From Phycisphaeraceae bacterium (GTDB lineage: Bacteria > Planctomycetota > Phycisphaerae > Phycisphaerales > Phycisphaeraceae), in contig OY771506.1 in NCBI GenBank assembly GCA_963674705.1, forward strand, positions 1,920,001 to 1,984,000: DNA of 64,000 nucleotides, given 5' to 3'. A program made the translations under genes and the position numbers. The notes beneath the pieces were generated by a model. That model was not told the origin of the DNA. It did not search any database and saw nothing but the letters and a program-made list of their open reading frames with translations. This document shows, piece after piece, positions 62,463 to 64,000 of this stretch (positions are counted from its first letter, which is position 1; every line of letters starts with the position of its first letter).

Positions 62463-63205
62463 TCGGGATGCTCCATGATGCGAGCTTTCAACTTATAAAA
62501 CACATCGACGGAATGTTTGAATGCGTCATTTGCAAATGAGCGCCATGAATCAGTACTGGTATCTTTAGTCGAGTGTACATCGTTGTCGTAATAGAAAAAT
62601 ACAGCAGGTACATTCCCCATATACACACCTAATTCATTGTTATCTACTGAAAGATCGAATAGTTCATCAATAGTACCCGTGCTCAATAGCAATCTGCGAC
62701 CTTGAGAGTCCTTCATGGGTCCAACACGAAGGAAGTTTGAGGTGCCATCTCTTGAATAATCCACATGTAATGCTAAATCTTCCACTTCACCGCCAGTTAG
62801 TTCCTCAATTAAACCATTTACAGGAAGACATAGGGGCTTAAGTTGATCACGCAGTTCCTCAAATGTCAGTGCAAGATCAGAGTAAATAGAAACTTTCAAT
62901 CCACGACGCTTGATTGAAGTTACGTGTAAGTAACCAATTGCATCATCAGTGAAGCCGATAAGTTGGCGTATATTCTCTATGGATACCTCACCACTAAAAG
63001 CTGCTTCGAACATTACGCGATGATCCGAAATACGCAATGATTGATGCTTTTCGCGATCGTACAACACGGTAGTCGTAGAATCTGATTTCCAGTCTGGGAA
63101 ATGATTAGAAAGCTCACAAGCTGCTGTTTCTCGCCGCATTGAGATGTTCAAAGTAGGCGAAAAGTCAACAGCTCCCCAAACGCGAATCAAATTGCCGGAA
63201 ACCAT
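62459..63205 (-). CDS. Hypothetical protein, possibly TIGR04255-like
   Basis: Start taken at MVSGNLIRV because the longer track ORF is IS antisense; IKRRGLK and YYDNDVH resemble that family. Confidence 0.45.
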   Translation of the reverse strand: MVSGNLIRVWGAVDFSPTLNISMRRETAACELSNHFPDWKSDSTTTVLYDREKHQSLRISDHRVMFEAAFSGEVSIENIRQLIGFTDDAIGYLHVTSIKRRGLKVSIYSDLALTFEELRDQLKPLCLPVNGLIEELTGGEVEDLALHVDYSRDGTSNFLRVGPMKDSQGRRLLLSTGTIDELFDLSVDNNELGVYMGNVPAVFFYYDNDVHSTKDTSTDSWRSFANDAFKHSVDVFYKLKARIMEHPE

Positions 63206-63283
63206 ATTGGAACAGAGCTGGTCCCCAAATCTTGGACAGCCGGTTAAAGTGGGCTGGTCTGCAGATTTGAAAGGACTTACTTG

Positions 63284-63565
63284 ATGAGCAAGCGACGACG
63301 ATTTACGGCTGAATTCAAGGCGAAGGTGGCGCTGGAGGCGCTGCGTGGCGAGTTGACGGTGGCGGAGATCGCCAAGAAGTACGACGTGCATCCGAACATG
63401 ATCGGCGGGTGGAAGAAGCTGCTGGCACAGGAGGCGGCCCAGCTTTTTGCCCGTGGCGGCGGCAAGGACCCGCAGGCATCCGACGAGCAGATCAAAGAGC
63501 TGCACGCGAAGATCGGCGAGCTGACCATCGAGAAGGACTTTTTAAAAAAAGGGTTGGGGCTTTGA
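63284..63565 (+). CDS. IS3 transposase OrfA (HTH)
   Basis: RRRFTAEFKAKVALEAL..TVAEIAKKYDVHPN...ELTIEKDFLKK. Confidence 0.92.
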   Translation: MSKRRRFTAEFKAKVALEALRGELTVAEIAKKYDVHPNMIGGWKKLLAQEAAQLFARGGGKDPQASDEQIKELHAKIGELTIEKDFLKKGLGL

Positions 63566-64000
63566 GCCACGGCCGCCGCTGCGACATGGTCGAACCCAAG
63601 CACCCCGAGCTGAGCATCGTGCGTCAGTGTGGGCTGGTGTCGATCAGCCGATCGTCGTTTTACTTTTCAGGCAAAGGCGAGAGCCCGTTGAACCTGAAGC
63701 TGATGCGTCTGATCGACCGACAGTTCCTGTGCACGCCGTTCTACGGCAGCCGGCAGATGATGCGTTGGTTGCGTCGGCTTGGCTACAACGTCGGCCGCAA
63801 GCGTGTGCGTCGATTGATGCGCCAGATGGGTTTGACGCCGATCTACCAGGCCCCGAAGACCAGCGTCAAATGCCTTGAAAACAAGGTGTATCCGTACCTG
63901 CTGCGGAATCTGAAGATTGATCAGCCGGGTCATGTGTGGTGCGCCGACATCACATACATCCCGATGCGACGCGGCTTTTTGTACCTCGTTGCGGTCATGG
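63544..64000 (+). CDS. IS3 transposase OrfB (DDE), partial, reached by -1 frameshift
   Basis: SIVRQCGLVSISRSSFY, PFYGSR, YPYLLR, VWCADITYIPMRRGFLYLVAVM. Confidence 0.9.

Larger units (their letters stand above)
63214..64000 (+). mobile_element. IS3-family insertion sequence, left part
   Basis: Left end GAGCTGGTCCCCAAATCTTGGACAG with an abrupt GC shift; orfA/orfB joined by an A7G slippery site. Confidence 0.9.

Noticed and set aside
63206..63505. N-terminal 100 aa of the 348-aa minus-strand ORF
   Set aside because: It is the antisense of the IS3 end and orfA
1..64000. tRNA, rRNA and CRISPR arrays
   Set aside because: None recognisable by eye; a covariance-model scan was not possible

Overview
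GC-rich bacterial DNA, most consistent with a Planctomycetota (Phycisphaerae-like) genome. This is inferred from the PEP-CTERM proteins with GDLxxDGFVGLxDLD repeats, the prepilin-type/DUF1559-like proteins and the ECF sigma factor. Most of the window is glycan catabolism: a rhamnogalacturonan-I/arabinan region (~1-32.4 kb and 37.8 kb) and a LacI-headed beta-mannan locus (45.9-59.5 kb). Two embedded systems stand out. (1) A minus-strand operon at 32.7-37.7 kb: a 636-aa helical protein, a SWIM zinc-finger protein, a structured ~160-190 nt ncRNA closed by a long inverted repeat, and an Mx162-like retron reverse transcriptase. (2) An ECF sigma factor coupled to a ~1600-aa thioester alpha-2-macroglobulin that has an anti-sigma-like N-terminus and a membrane hairpin with a pilin-like helix in its bait region (21.4-26.9 kb). 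Also present are two decayed genes at 3.3-5.6 kb, two families of palindromic intergenic repeats, and an AT-rich three-gene island ending in a PIN-like gene, with an IS3-family element inserted immediately upstream. All family calls are from motif recognition by eye; no searches were run.
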